Below are positions 1 to 8,720 of a stretch of 22,896 bases of DNA, in pieces. This stretch comes from a bacterium (lineage in GTDB: Bacteria; Zhuqueibacterota; Zhuqueibacteria; Oceanimicrobiales; Oceanimicrobiaceae). The notes below the pieces were generated by a model. That model did no database searches, was not told the DNA's origin, and was given only the letters and a program-made list of their open reading frames with translations. The translations under genes were made by a program, and so were the position numbers. The DNA lies in assembly GCA_046758365.1 (NCBI GenBank), contig JBHIAC010000035.1, positions 1 through 22,896 of the forward strand, written 5' to 3'. Numbering within the stretch: position 1 is the stretch's first letter; each line of letters starts with the position of its first letter.

Positions 1-2
1 CC

Positions 3-2018
3 ATGGAAACAAAAGGGAACCTGAAAGGAGCTATTAAGCTCTTTACAGAGATCATTGAGAAATATCCGGATGAAAGAGAATATGCGGCCAAATCTCAACT
101 CTATATTGGTCTCTGCTATGAGAAATCAGGGTTGCAAGAAGCACAAAAAGCTTTTCAGAAAGTAGTGGATAACTATCCTGAGCAGCAGGAAGAAGTAGCC
201 GTTGCCAAAGAAAGGATTGCTGCCCTTTCCAAAGCATTGGAAAAAATTCCTCACAAACCCACCTTCCGAAAGATTCGGATTCCTGCCAATCCAGGAAGTG
301 GAGTGCTGTCCCCTGATGGTAAAAATCTAGTCTTTGCCTCTGAAGGTTGTATCTGGAGTGTTCCTATCCAGGGCAAGGTGGATCCTGATATTGCCGGCAC
401 ACCTGTTAGGTTGACAGAAGCGACTGAAACAATGCGAGCCCACGATAGGTGTGGAACGCTTGCCTTATCTGCTGACGGAAAGTGGATCGCTTTTAATGCA
501 CTAGAAAATGAGAAAATGGAAATATATATAATCCCCTCTTCAGGTGGTGAGCCAAAGAAAGTCCTTACTGACATTGATCGTAAGGGGTGGAACTATGATT
601 TTCGTCTTAGCTTATCACCCGATGGGAAAGTGCTGGCTTTTTCTTCGCGCGAGGAGGAAGAACAAAGCAAAGGCAAAAAAAATAATATTTTTGCTCAAAA
701 AAGTTACATTTATACAATTCCTGTGGAGGGAGGAGTTGCCAAGAAACTGACTGAGGCCATGTCCTTTCAGCCTGCTTTCTCTCCTGATGGAAAAAAGATT
801 GCTTATGTAAAACGATATCTTTCAGAACCTGGGAAAACTCAGACGGACGTATGGGTGATGCCTGCTTCAGGAGGAAGTCCTGTTCAAGTTAGCGATTGTC
901 CCTCCGGGCGAGCAAGAGGTCCTGTCTGGTCGCCTGACGGCAAGATGATTGCCTTTAATTTTGAGCCTGAGCGTGATGCTGCGAGTAAAGAGCTGTGGAT
1001 TGTTCCTGTAGCAGAGAACGGGAAGCCCTTGGCGCCTCCTGCAAAAATAGAACTTCCACTTGAGACACTTCATATGGTTGCCGGCTGGACACCTGATAAC
1101 AAGATTGGACTCCAGTTAATGAACCCCGAGCATAATGCAGTTTACACAGTACCTGCATCTGGTGGCAAGGCAGTTCAGATTTCCCCAGCAGGCTGGCCGG
1201 ATCACCCGAGGTGGTCGCCTGACGGGAAAAGAATATACTTTAGGGACGGCCCCAATATCGCCTCAGTTCCTGCTGGAGGAGGTGAAGTTGCCATCGTCCT
1301 CCACGCAGATAGAGGGGTTTTTGAATCTGCACCAGGAGGTGGAAACGATATTTCCCCGGACGGGAAAAAGATTGTTTTTTCTGGAGCTGTAAGAGTTACA
1401 AAGGGTAATATAACAAGCTACGAAGTTGATATCTATACTGTGCCAGCGGAAGGGGGAGAGCCGGTAAAGATTACAAAAAGTCCTGGTCAGGATCGCTTCC
1501 CTTGTTGGTCCCCTGATGGGAAGCGGGTAGCTTTTATACGCTATTCTGATCCTGCAAAAGATAAAACCTACATAATGAACATTTGTATCGTTTCTGCAGA
1601 AGGCGGAGAAGTCAGGCAGATCACATCTGAATCAGATAAGGTTTTCTGGTCATGCATAGACTGGTCTCCCGACGGAAAATTGATTGCCTATTTTTCTAAG
1701 GACAAAACTATTAAAGTTATACCTGTAGCGGGCGGAGAACCTAGAGTCATTGTCCACGTGGATAAATTATCCAACCATGCTGAACTGGCCTGGTCACCTG
1801 ACGGCAAGAAGTTTGCTTATACTTGCGAAGGAAAAATTTGGATTGTTGCTCCTGATGGAGGAGAGCCTGTAGAGGTTAAAACAGGTATGAGTGCAGAGGC
1901 ATCCAAAATCGGCTGGTCTCCTGATGGCAAAAAGATAGCATTCACGCAGTGGGAGGGGGGTGAGCACGAGCTTTGGCTGATGGAGAACTTTCTGCCGGAA
2001 TTAAAAGTTGAGAAGTAA
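3..2018 (+). CDS. TPR + TolB-like PD40 beta-propeller repeat protein (probably 5'-truncated by the window edge)
   Basis: N-terminal TPR-like helices (AAKSQLYIGLCYEKSGLQEAQKAFQKVVDNYPEQ) followed by 12 (W/L/F/I)S/T-P/A-DGK-type PD40 repeats, consistent with two 6-bladed propellers. No signal peptide is visible and the ORF begins at base 3. Confidence 0.85.
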   Translation: METKGNLKGAIKLFTEIIEKYPDEREYAAKSQLYIGLCYEKSGLQEAQKAFQKVVDNYPEQQEEVAVAKERIAALSKALEKIPHKPTFRKIRIPANPGSGVLSPDGKNLVFASEGCIWSVPIQGKVDPDIAGTPVRLTEATETMRAHDRCGTLALSADGKWIAFNALENEKMEIYIIPSSGGEPKKVLTDIDRKGWNYDFRLSLSPDGKVLAFSSREEEEQSKGKKNNIFAQKSYIYTIPVEGGVAKKLTEAMSFQPAFSPDGKKIAYVKRYLSEPGKTQTDVWVMPASGGSPVQVSDCPSGRARGPVWSPDGKMIAFNFEPERDAASKELWIVPVAENGKPLAPPAKIELPLETLHMVAGWTPDNKIGLQLMNPEHNAVYTVPASGGKAVQISPAGWPDHPRWSPDGKRIYFRDGPNIASVPAGGGEVAIVLHADRGVFESAPGGGNDISPDGKKIVFSGAVRVTKGNITSYEVDIYTVPAEGGEPVKITKSPGQDRFPCWSPDGKRVAFIRYSDPAKDKTYIMNICIVSAEGGEVRQITSESDKVFWSCIDWSPDGKLIAYFSKDKTIKVIPVAGGEPRVIVHVDKLSNHAELAWSPDGKKFAYTCEGKIWIVAPDGGEPVEVKTGMSAEASKIGWSPDGKKIAFTQWEGGEHELWLMENFLPELKVEK

Positions 2019-2032
2019 GAGTAGTGTTAAGA

Positions 2033-2059
2033 GGGCGGGACGACTCGTTCGTTTCGCCC
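2033..2059 (+). other. GC-rich stem-loop downstream of the PD40 gene (no U-tract)
   Basis: GGGCGGGACGA (2033-2043) pairs with TCGTTTCGCCC (2049-2059) using two G-U pairs; 5-nt loop. Confidence 0.45.
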
Positions 2060-2119
2060 CTGACATACCAAAGCCAAGTTCGACTGATTGGCTGGTAAGT
2101 CTTAAATTGGCCGTCGAAA

Positions 2120-2554
2120 TCCCAAGATGAAGCTGTCATGCCTGGAATGGTGATGCAGTGGTGTTGCAGCATGTTTTAGAGGCGACCCAAACTTCATGGA
2201 TGCCGCAGCCTCCTTAGATTCCCCTTGGACTCTACCTCCACCTACCTGTCGCAAGAAGACAATCTCATAAAGTTGCTTGACTTAGGCTGTTTGGTGAGGA
2301 CCGGTGAGGTGGGAGACCGCGGCGCCTTCAAAACCCCGACTTTGCATGAGGTCGCAAAGACAGCCCCCTCCATGCACAACAGCAGCCTGGCATCCCTCGA
2401 AGAGGTGATTGAGTTGTACAACCGTGGCGGCAACCCTAACCCTTATCTGGACCCAGAGCTGCATCCTTTGCACCTCACGGCCGAAGAGAAAGAAGCACTG
2501 TTGACTTTTCTTGAGGCACTGAGAGGAAACATACAGGAAGGGATGTCGAAGTAG
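2120..2554 (+). pseudogene. Remnant of the C-terminal domain of a di-heme cytochrome c peroxidase/MauG-family gene
   Basis: ORF 2225-2554 has DLG...GAFKTPTLHEVAKTAPSMHNSSLASLEEVIELYNRGG...L.LTAEEKEALLTFLEAL, a degenerate form of the family motif GAFKTPTLRN...TAPYMHDG. Upstream frames give C(+1 frameshift)AACFRGDPNFMD at 2162-2201, resembling CxxCH-GPNFTD. No N-terminal domain is present. Confidence 0.8.
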
Positions 2555-2690
2555 TAGGTCAAAAATACTACGTGACTGTGCCAACCATTCTTCTGGGGAT
2601 CCCAAATTATCTTTCTTCGATCATACTCAATTGGAATCTTTACCAGTTAGGAAATACAGCCGTTATCCCCTGAATTACAAAAAATAAATC

Positions 2691-2719
2691 TTGAAAAAGC
2701 ATTGGAAATGTCATATATT
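2691..2719 (+). promoter_or_regulatory. Putative sigma70 promoter for the HAD to PorV-like operon
   Basis: TTGAAA-17 nt-TATATT, preceded by an A-tract. Confidence 0.55.
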
Positions 2720-2906
2720 GTTTTGTTTTAAAATTGGGCTTTAATGCTTGGCTATTTTCTAAAAATTCTTTAACAGCTATCTGGGAAACTAAGGTTATTC
2801 GTACCAGTATAATAAAATATTTTCATTTCGAGGTCAATCAGAATTCACAGGATTTTCCAATAAACACTATGGAATAACTTGCCTTTGTGGTTCTGGAGGA
2901 GATGAA

Positions 2907-3554
2907 TTGATTAAAGCGGTGCTTTTTGATTATGATGGGGTTTTGGTTAACAGCCTGCCATTTCACGTCAGGGCCTGGCAGAAAGTTTTTAGTGATTTTA
3001 AAATTGAAGTAAAACCCAATGATGTACTCTTGACGGAAGGAAGTCGTTCAGTTGAGGTAGCCCGTAAAATATTTAAAGATTGGAATTTTAATATTTCTAA
3101 TGATGAAATAATGAGATTAGTTAAAAAGAAACAGCAAATTTATCGAGAAATCACAAAGGCAAAATTAGAAAACGGCGCTGAAACAATCATTGATAATATA
3201 AAAAAGCAAGGCATGTTCATAGGATTGGTTACTGGGTCGATTCGGTTAAATGTTGAAAAAGTTTTACATCCTCAATTCATTGCGCAATTTGATAGTGTCG
3301 TTACCGGTGACGATATTAAAGAAGGCAAACCAAGTCCTGAAGCTTATTTGAAAGCGGCTCGTGAATTAAATGTTGAACCCAGCCAATGCCTGGTCATTGA
3401 AAATGCGCCATTGGGCATTCAGGCGGCTAAAAATGCGGGCATGACAGTTGTGGCGCTAACAACAACATTGGATGAGAGCCGTTTAAATGGCGCGGATTTT
3501 TTTGCCAAGAATTTGATTGAGTTAGCCAATCGTTGGGAAACCCTGTGGAATTGA
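2907..3554 (+). CDS. HAD-superfamily phosphatase (beta-phosphoglucomutase-like, subfamily IA)
   Basis: Motif I FDYDGVLVNS, motif II VTGS, GKPSPEAY, motif IV VIENAPLGIQAAKNAGM. TTG start after a GGAGGA SD. Confidence 0.9.
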   Translation: MIKAVLFDYDGVLVNSLPFHVRAWQKVFSDFKIEVKPNDVLLTEGSRSVEVARKIFKDWNFNISNDEIMRLVKKKQQIYREITKAKLENGAETIIDNIKKQGMFIGLVTGSIRLNVEKVLHPQFIAQFDSVVTGDDIKEGKPSPEAYLKAARELNVEPSQCLVIENAPLGIQAAKNAGMTVVALTTTLDESRLNGADFFAKNLIELANRWETLWN

Positions 3555-3575
3555 TAACTTTAGTGTAAATTTTAA

Positions 3576-4781
3576 TTGGTGGTTTTAACAAGGATGATTA
3601 AACTCAAGAGTAAGAATTTCAGAAAGGTTCTTTGCGCTCACTTTATTTTAATATTATTATTTTTTTTAAATTGTTCCGAAAATAATCCTACGCAACCTCT
3701 GCAAAAGTTTGCACCACAAATTTCAAATTTAATGGCTCCTACCATAATTTATAATTTATCGCCTACGAAACATGTGATTTCAATCAAAGTTGAGGATCCT
3801 CAAGGCCTGGAAGATATCGATGAGGTGCGTTATGAAATTTCTAAAGTTGGGTCAAGTTCTCCTGTCACCGCCGATGATTTAGTTGATGATGGAACCCAAG
3901 GGGATATAATTCCAAAGGACGGGATTTTTGTAACCAAAATTGATGGAAGTTTTGCGCAAAATGATACTGGAAATTTTGCTCTCGAAATTTTTGCAAAAGA
4001 CCGTAGCGGAAATAGGAGTAATATTTTGAGTGCGACCATAAATGTCCTGTCAGGTAGAGAAAACTTGCCCCCTGAATTAATCAATACAATTGTTCCCCAG
4101 ACTATTGCCATCGATTCAACATTTGAATTTATAGTTTCTGTTGAAGTAGCTGATGCAGAGGGTCTTTCTGATATTCAAAATGTTTTGTATCAATTTTTCC
4201 CGCCGGCTCACCCAAATCCGACAAAAATAGACACCCTTTTTGATAATGGCGACTCAGGGGATGAAACCTCTGATGATGGAGTTTATTCTGCTACTTTAAG
4301 TTCGGAATTATTTAAACAAGCGTCTGATTATTTTATTCGTTTTCAAGCCGAAGATAAAGCTGGAAATAAGAGCCGGGCAGAAGTTGTATCCATTCGAGGA
4401 ATATTTATTAGACCCAGAGCACCTGTTATTTCAAACTTGGTAGCTCCTGATACTGTAAAAATCAATCCAACTCAGGTGACAAAAATACTCATGACCATCG
4501 ATGTTATGGATCCCCAGGGACTTTCTGATATTGATTTTGTACGATTTAGAAGCTTTAAACCTGATAGTACTGAAGCTGAGAACAGCCCATTTGAATTGTC
4601 AGATAATGGCGATACTGATGTAACAGGGGATGAAGTGGCTGGGGATGGAACTTATAGTATCATCATTAATTTACCATCTGAAAACGTAATCCCAGGAGAC
4701 TTTAAATTTATTTTTCAGGCCAAAGATAAATCAAACCTCCTCAGTAATACCATCGAACATATTTTAACTGTAATCGAATAA
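3576..4781 (+). CDS. Lipoprotein with three tandem ~120-aa Ig-like repeats (choice-of-anchor X-like DDG..GD...DG.YS loops)
   Basis: Hydrophobic stretch ending LFFLN-C (lipobox-like). Three repeats of AP.ISNL.AP / DPQGL.DI / L.D(D/N)G..GD...DG.(F/Y) / A.D..GN.S. The start could be ATG 3594. Confidence 0.7.
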   Translation: MVVLTRMIKLKSKNFRKVLCAHFILILLFFLNCSENNPTQPLQKFAPQISNLMAPTIIYNLSPTKHVISIKVEDPQGLEDIDEVRYEISKVGSSSPVTADDLVDDGTQGDIIPKDGIFVTKIDGSFAQNDTGNFALEIFAKDRSGNRSNILSATINVLSGRENLPPELINTIVPQTIAIDSTFEFIVSVEVADAEGLSDIQNVLYQFFPPAHPNPTKIDTLFDNGDSGDETSDDGVYSATLSSELFKQASDYFIRFQAEDKAGNKSRAEVVSIRGIFIRPRAPVISNLVAPDTVKINPTQVTKILMTIDVMDPQGLSDIDFVRFRSFKPDSTEAENSPFELSDNGDTDVTGDEVAGDGTYSIIINLPSENVIPGDFKFIFQAKDKSNLLSNTIEHILTVIE

Positions 4782-4788
4782 ATAGAAC

Positions 4789-6246
4789 ATGAAAATCTTA
4801 TTTAAATTTTTTATTAACTTAATTTTATCAATTTTTATTTTATACAAAATTTCCTTAGCACAAATTTTAAATAAATCCTCTTACCGGATGAATGCTCAGC
4901 CTACGCAAGGCTTAGCCAGCAATACAGTCACGGATATTGTTGTGCACGGTGGTACGATCTGGTTTGGGACTGGCGCTGGCTTAAGCAGAACTTCAGACGA
5001 AGGGCTGTCTTTTGATTCATTTGGGACAGATCAGGGGATAGGCCAGGGAGGCGTTTCAGGTTTGGTTGTTTCTGATGAGGTTATCTGGGTGGCTACCGGA
5101 TTTGATACTACAACAGAATTTGGAACTCTGCAAGCCGGAGGCGGTTTGGCCTATTCTTTAAATGGTGGTAATAATTGGATTTTTGTGCCGCAGCCTGGCG
5201 TTACCAATGTGCAAAATATTGCCTTTGACATCGCTTTGCGGGGCACCGAAGTCTGGATTGCAAGCTTTGGTGGAGGGTTAAGAAAGTCTGACAATTTTGG
5301 CCAATCCTGGGAGTTGGTTACTCCAGATTCCTTTTTTTTTGATCCATTGAATAGATTAAACCATCGAGCTTTTTCCGTTATTACAGTAGATAGTATACTC
5401 TGGGTCGGTACTGCTGGTGGCGTAAACAGATCAACCGATGGTGGAACTATCTGGACCAATTTTAATCATGCGAATCAGGCCGAACCTATATCTGGGAATT
5501 TTGTCGTGGCGCTTGCAAATCAGAGATTTCGTGGTGAAGAAATTATCTGGGCTGCTACGGTTGAGACAACTGTTGAATCCGAAGATACCACTGAATTCCG
5601 AGGTGTATCCTGGAGTGCAGATCAGGGGTTTACCTGGCGTACAGCCCTGCGTGGGGAATTTGCACACAATTTCGCCTTTGATGATTCTGTTGTTTATGTG
5701 GTTACAGATAATGGACTTTATAAATCCATAGATGGAGGAGAAACCTGGGCGCTATTTCCAGAAATTATAAACGCTATGGGCTCAAGACGTATATTGACCA
5801 ATGAATTTTTTGCAGTCGGGGTAGGTGCAGGCCCCACGGTTTGGGCAGGAACGGCTGATGGATTGGCGAAAACTTCTGATAATGGTTTAAGTTGGGATAT
5901 TTTCCAAACCTTTGAACCAACCGGCCGAGAAGGCAGCCCCAGAACCTATGCTTATCCCAACCCATTTTCTCCCAACGTCCATAATGTATTAGGCGGGATT
6001 GGGCATGTTCGAATTCAATATAATACAACTCGTGCAACACGGATTACTTTAAAAATCTACGATTTTGCCATGCAACTTGTAACTATCGTTGTTAAAAATA
6101 AACCACGTCCTGCAAACGGTGATTTTTATGAAATATGGGATGGCAGAGATTCAAGAGGAGTGCAGGTAGATAATGGAGTGTATTTTTACCGTCTCGATTT
6201 GGAAGGCGAGGGCAGTTTTTGGGGTAAGGTGATTGTGTTAAATTAG
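4789..6246 (+). CDS. Secreted BNR/Asp-box beta-propeller protein with C-terminal FlgD-Ig/T9SS-CTD-like domain (PorZ-like architecture)
   Basis: Signal peptide; repeated S.DGG.TW Asp boxes and IW.GT..GL blades; C-terminal AYPNPFSP...KIYD...WDGRDSRG.QV.NGVYFYRL...GKVIVLN. Confidence 0.75.
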   Translation: MKILFKFFINLILSIFILYKISLAQILNKSSYRMNAQPTQGLASNTVTDIVVHGGTIWFGTGAGLSRTSDEGLSFDSFGTDQGIGQGGVSGLVVSDEVIWVATGFDTTTEFGTLQAGGGLAYSLNGGNNWIFVPQPGVTNVQNIAFDIALRGTEVWIASFGGGLRKSDNFGQSWELVTPDSFFFDPLNRLNHRAFSVITVDSILWVGTAGGVNRSTDGGTIWTNFNHANQAEPISGNFVVALANQRFRGEEIIWAATVETTVESEDTTEFRGVSWSADQGFTWRTALRGEFAHNFAFDDSVVYVVTDNGLYKSIDGGETWALFPEIINAMGSRRILTNEFFAVGVGAGPTVWAGTADGLAKTSDNGLSWDIFQTFEPTGREGSPRTYAYPNPFSPNVHNVLGGIGHVRIQYNTTRATRITLKIYDFAMQLVTIVVKNKPRPANGDFYEIWDGRDSRGVQVDNGVYFYRLDLEGEGSFWGKVIVLN

Positions 6247-6266
6247 ATTACCTAGGGAGAAGCATT

Positions 6267-7277
6267 TTGAAAAATGAAGTGAAATTTTGTGAATTCTATA
6301 TAAAAATAGTCTTGTCAATTTTTTTATGGCTTGTTTTGGCGTTTGGTTTTACGGCCTCCCTATTTGCTCAAGGTGGTGCGGCTGGTGCGTTTCTGCGAAT
6401 GGGAATTGGCGCGAGAGCCAAAGCCATGGGAGATGCCTATACTGCATTAGCCAAAGGGATTGAAGCCAGTTATTACAATCCCGCCGGTTTGCCCTTACTT
6501 GAAAATAAAGAGTTAATTACCTCTTTCAGATTTCTGTCTCTGGATAGACAATTCACTTATTTGGGTTTTGGTGTACCAATTCATCCAAAAGTAGATAAAA
6601 GTGGAAATAAAACAATAGATGGGGGATTTGCCCTTTCCTGGATTCATGCTGGGGTCGGGGATATTGATGGCCGTGATTCCGACGGGCGTCCTGTTGGCGA
6701 TCTGTCAAATTCCGAAAATGCCTTTATCTTTTCCTTTGCCTTAAAGCCTGCAAAAGTTTTTTCTTTGGGGTTGTCGGTGAAAGTTTTATGGAATCGCTTT
6801 CCAGACGTAGGCATTAACAGTGAGACGGTTTCGGCGACTGGCGTTGGATTTGATTTTGGCGCACTTTTTTCTCCTAATCAATGGGTAACTTTTGGCATTG
6901 CCGTAAAAGATTTAAATTCTAAATATACTTGGAACACCGATAAAATTTACGGTGAAGATGGGTCGCAAACAATAAATAAATTTCCTAAAGTCGTACGAAC
7001 TGGTGTGGCTTTTGTTGTGCCAAAAATACCAGAGTTAACTTTGGCCTTTGATTACGAGGACAGCAAAGAGTTAAACAGCCGAATTCACTTGGGCGCTGAG
7101 GGCGTTTATAAAGAAGTCATTGTTCTTCGCGGTGGATTTGATGATGGCGCATTAACTGCTGGCGGCGGGTATCATTTTGACCTTTTTGGAAAAATGGCCC
7201 AATTGAATTATGCTTTTACCTCTGCTGGAAATCGACCAGATGAGGAGCACATTTTTACTTGGGTATTGCAGTTTTAG
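6267..7277 (+). CDS. PorV/PorQ-family (UPF0164-like) outer-membrane beta-barrel, copy 1
   Basis: AFLRMGIGARAKAMGDAYTALA...YYNPAGL signature, GVGFDFG, amphipathic strands, C-terminal Phe. TTG start after AGGGAG. Confidence 0.85.
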   Translation: MKNEVKFCEFYIKIVLSIFLWLVLAFGFTASLFAQGGAAGAFLRMGIGARAKAMGDAYTALAKGIEASYYNPAGLPLLENKELITSFRFLSLDRQFTYLGFGVPIHPKVDKSGNKTIDGGFALSWIHAGVGDIDGRDSDGRPVGDLSNSENAFIFSFALKPAKVFSLGLSVKVLWNRFPDVGINSETVSATGVGFDFGALFSPNQWVTFGIAVKDLNSKYTWNTDKIYGEDGSQTINKFPKVVRTGVAFVVPKIPELTLAFDYEDSKELNSRIHLGAEGVYKEVIVLRGGFDDGALTAGGGYHFDLFGKMAQLNYAFTSAGNRPDEEHIFTWVLQF

Positions 7278-7301
7278 GGTTTTAATTTTAAGGAGGATGA
7301 A

Positions 7302-8222
7302 TTGGTAATATTAAAAACGTCGGTATTATCTTTTTATTTTATATTAATTTCAGTAAATCTTTGTTTTGGACAGGGAAGACAAGGTAGTCCAACGGGGCTG
7401 GCTTTTCTTAAATTGGGGGTTGGTGGGCGTGCCAGCGGTTTAGGTGAAGCTTATTCTGCTGTGGCAGATGAGGCTACAGCAACATATTGGAATCCGGCTG
7501 GTTTAGCCTTTATCAGCCGTCCCCAATTAGCTTTTACCCACACAGAATGGATTCAGGATATTTCGAACGATTTTTTAGCTTTTGTTTTTCCTATCTTTCG
7601 AGGGGCAATAGGATTAAGTTTTTATTCAAATAATGTAGGGGGAATTCAGCGAAGGGTAAATCCTTCTGCTGAGCCTTTAGGTACAGTAGAGGCCCATGAC
7701 ATTGCTTTTGGAGTCTCTTACGGTCATTCCTTTAATTCTGCAATCAAGGGCGGTATAACAGTTAAGTATTTGTATGAAAAAATATTCATTGAAAGTGCAG
7801 CCGGATTTGCGTTTGACTTTGGCGTTAATTACAAGCCATTTGAAAATAATCTAAGAATAGCTCTGGCAGTACAAAATTTGGGCTCTATGGGAAAACTTCT
7901 CGGGGAATCCATAGATTTGCCTAAGACCCTTCGAGTGGGTGTGGCTTATCTTGTTGAAGTAGAATCTATAGGAGGAGGAATACTATTAGCAGTAGATGGA
8001 GTAAAGGTTTTTGAAACCGAATTTCGAGGGAATTTCGGGGCTGAAATTCAATTAAAAGAGCAATTAGCTCTTAGATTTGGCTATCAAACCGGTTTTGATG
8101 AAAAGGGCTTAGGCGGGGGCTTTGGCATTAATATCAGCCGTTATCATTTAGAATACGGATTGACACCGTTTAACTCTAATCTGGGGGATACCCACAGATT
8201 TTCCTTTGGTTTGGATTTATAA
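7302..8222 (+). CDS. PorV/PorQ-family (UPF0164-like) outer-membrane beta-barrel, copy 2
   Basis: AFLKLGVGGRASGLGEAYSAVADEATATYWNPAGLA, GFAFDFG, QNLG, LGDTHRFS. TTG start after AAGGAGG. Confidence 0.88.
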   Translation: MVILKTSVLSFYFILISVNLCFGQGRQGSPTGLAFLKLGVGGRASGLGEAYSAVADEATATYWNPAGLAFISRPQLAFTHTEWIQDISNDFLAFVFPIFRGAIGLSFYSNNVGGIQRRVNPSAEPLGTVEAHDIAFGVSYGHSFNSAIKGGITVKYLYEKIFIESAAGFAFDFGVNYKPFENNLRIALAVQNLGSMGKLLGESIDLPKTLRVGVAYLVEVESIGGGILLAVDGVKVFETEFRGNFGAEIQLKEQLALRFGYQTGFDEKGLGGGFGINISRYHLEYGLTPFNSNLGDTHRFSFGLDL

Positions 8223-8325
8223 TAATGAATAATAGGATATGCTATGGCGCGTCGAACCTGCATGTAATATTAAGACAAGAATTACAAATTCTAATGAAAC
8301 CCAACTGATAAAAGCCTGGGGGAGG

Positions 8326-8392
8326 TTTGGTGTTCAAGCTTTAGCTTGCAGTGGCAGGCGTAAATAACTCACGCTAAAGTGTGGAAACCCAA
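8326..8392. repeat. Degenerate inverted REP-like doublet (REPIN-like)
   Basis: GGTGTT-CAAGC-TTTA-GCTTG facing CACGC-TAAA-GTGTG-GAAACCC: two short palindromes with complementary TTTA/TAAA loops in inverted orientation. Confidence 0.5.
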
Positions 8393-8552
8393 CGTTCTCT
8401 ACGCCTAAACACGTTTCAGAAACAATTTTAGGCAGAATCACTCAATTCAGGTTAGTAATAAAATTTCATGCAAAAAAACAAAAATTTGATTGATAATACT
8501 GGAAATATCACCTTTTTATCCCAATTTTTCAGTTGGATTAGCCAAAAATATC

Positions 8553-8581
8553 TTGACAGCGGGTTAAAAATATTGTATCTT
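8553..8581 (+). promoter_or_regulatory. Putative sigma70 promoter for GH57-S41
   Basis: TTGACA-17 nt-TATCTT. Confidence 0.65.
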
Positions 8582-8720
8582 TTTTATGCAAAAACAGATA
8601 ATTTCAACTTTAAAGGCGTAGGATGGTAATCCAACTTCTATTAGGACATAGAATTTCAATACACCCGTGATAGTCAAAGACCATTCACTAAACTAAATCG
8701 TTACGAAGTAAGGTAAAAAG

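Noticed and set aside
300..1935. Recurring TGGTC(C/G)CCTGA(C/T)GG nucleotide motif as a possible CRISPR or DGR repeat
   Set aside because: Explained by the WSPDG protein repeats; spacing is long and irregular, and there is no cas or reverse transcriptase gene.
52..2605. Short alternative-frame and antisense ORFs over the PD40 gene and peroxidase remnant
   Set aside because: They overlap better-supported coding frames and show no recognisable motifs.
2720..2900. Long leader before the HAD gene as a riboswitch
   Set aside because: No recognisable aptamer consensus or strong structure by eye; an Rfam scan would be needed.
5332..5340. T9 run in the propeller gene as a phase-variation tract
   Set aside because: The frame is intact and such runs are expected in AT-rich DNA.
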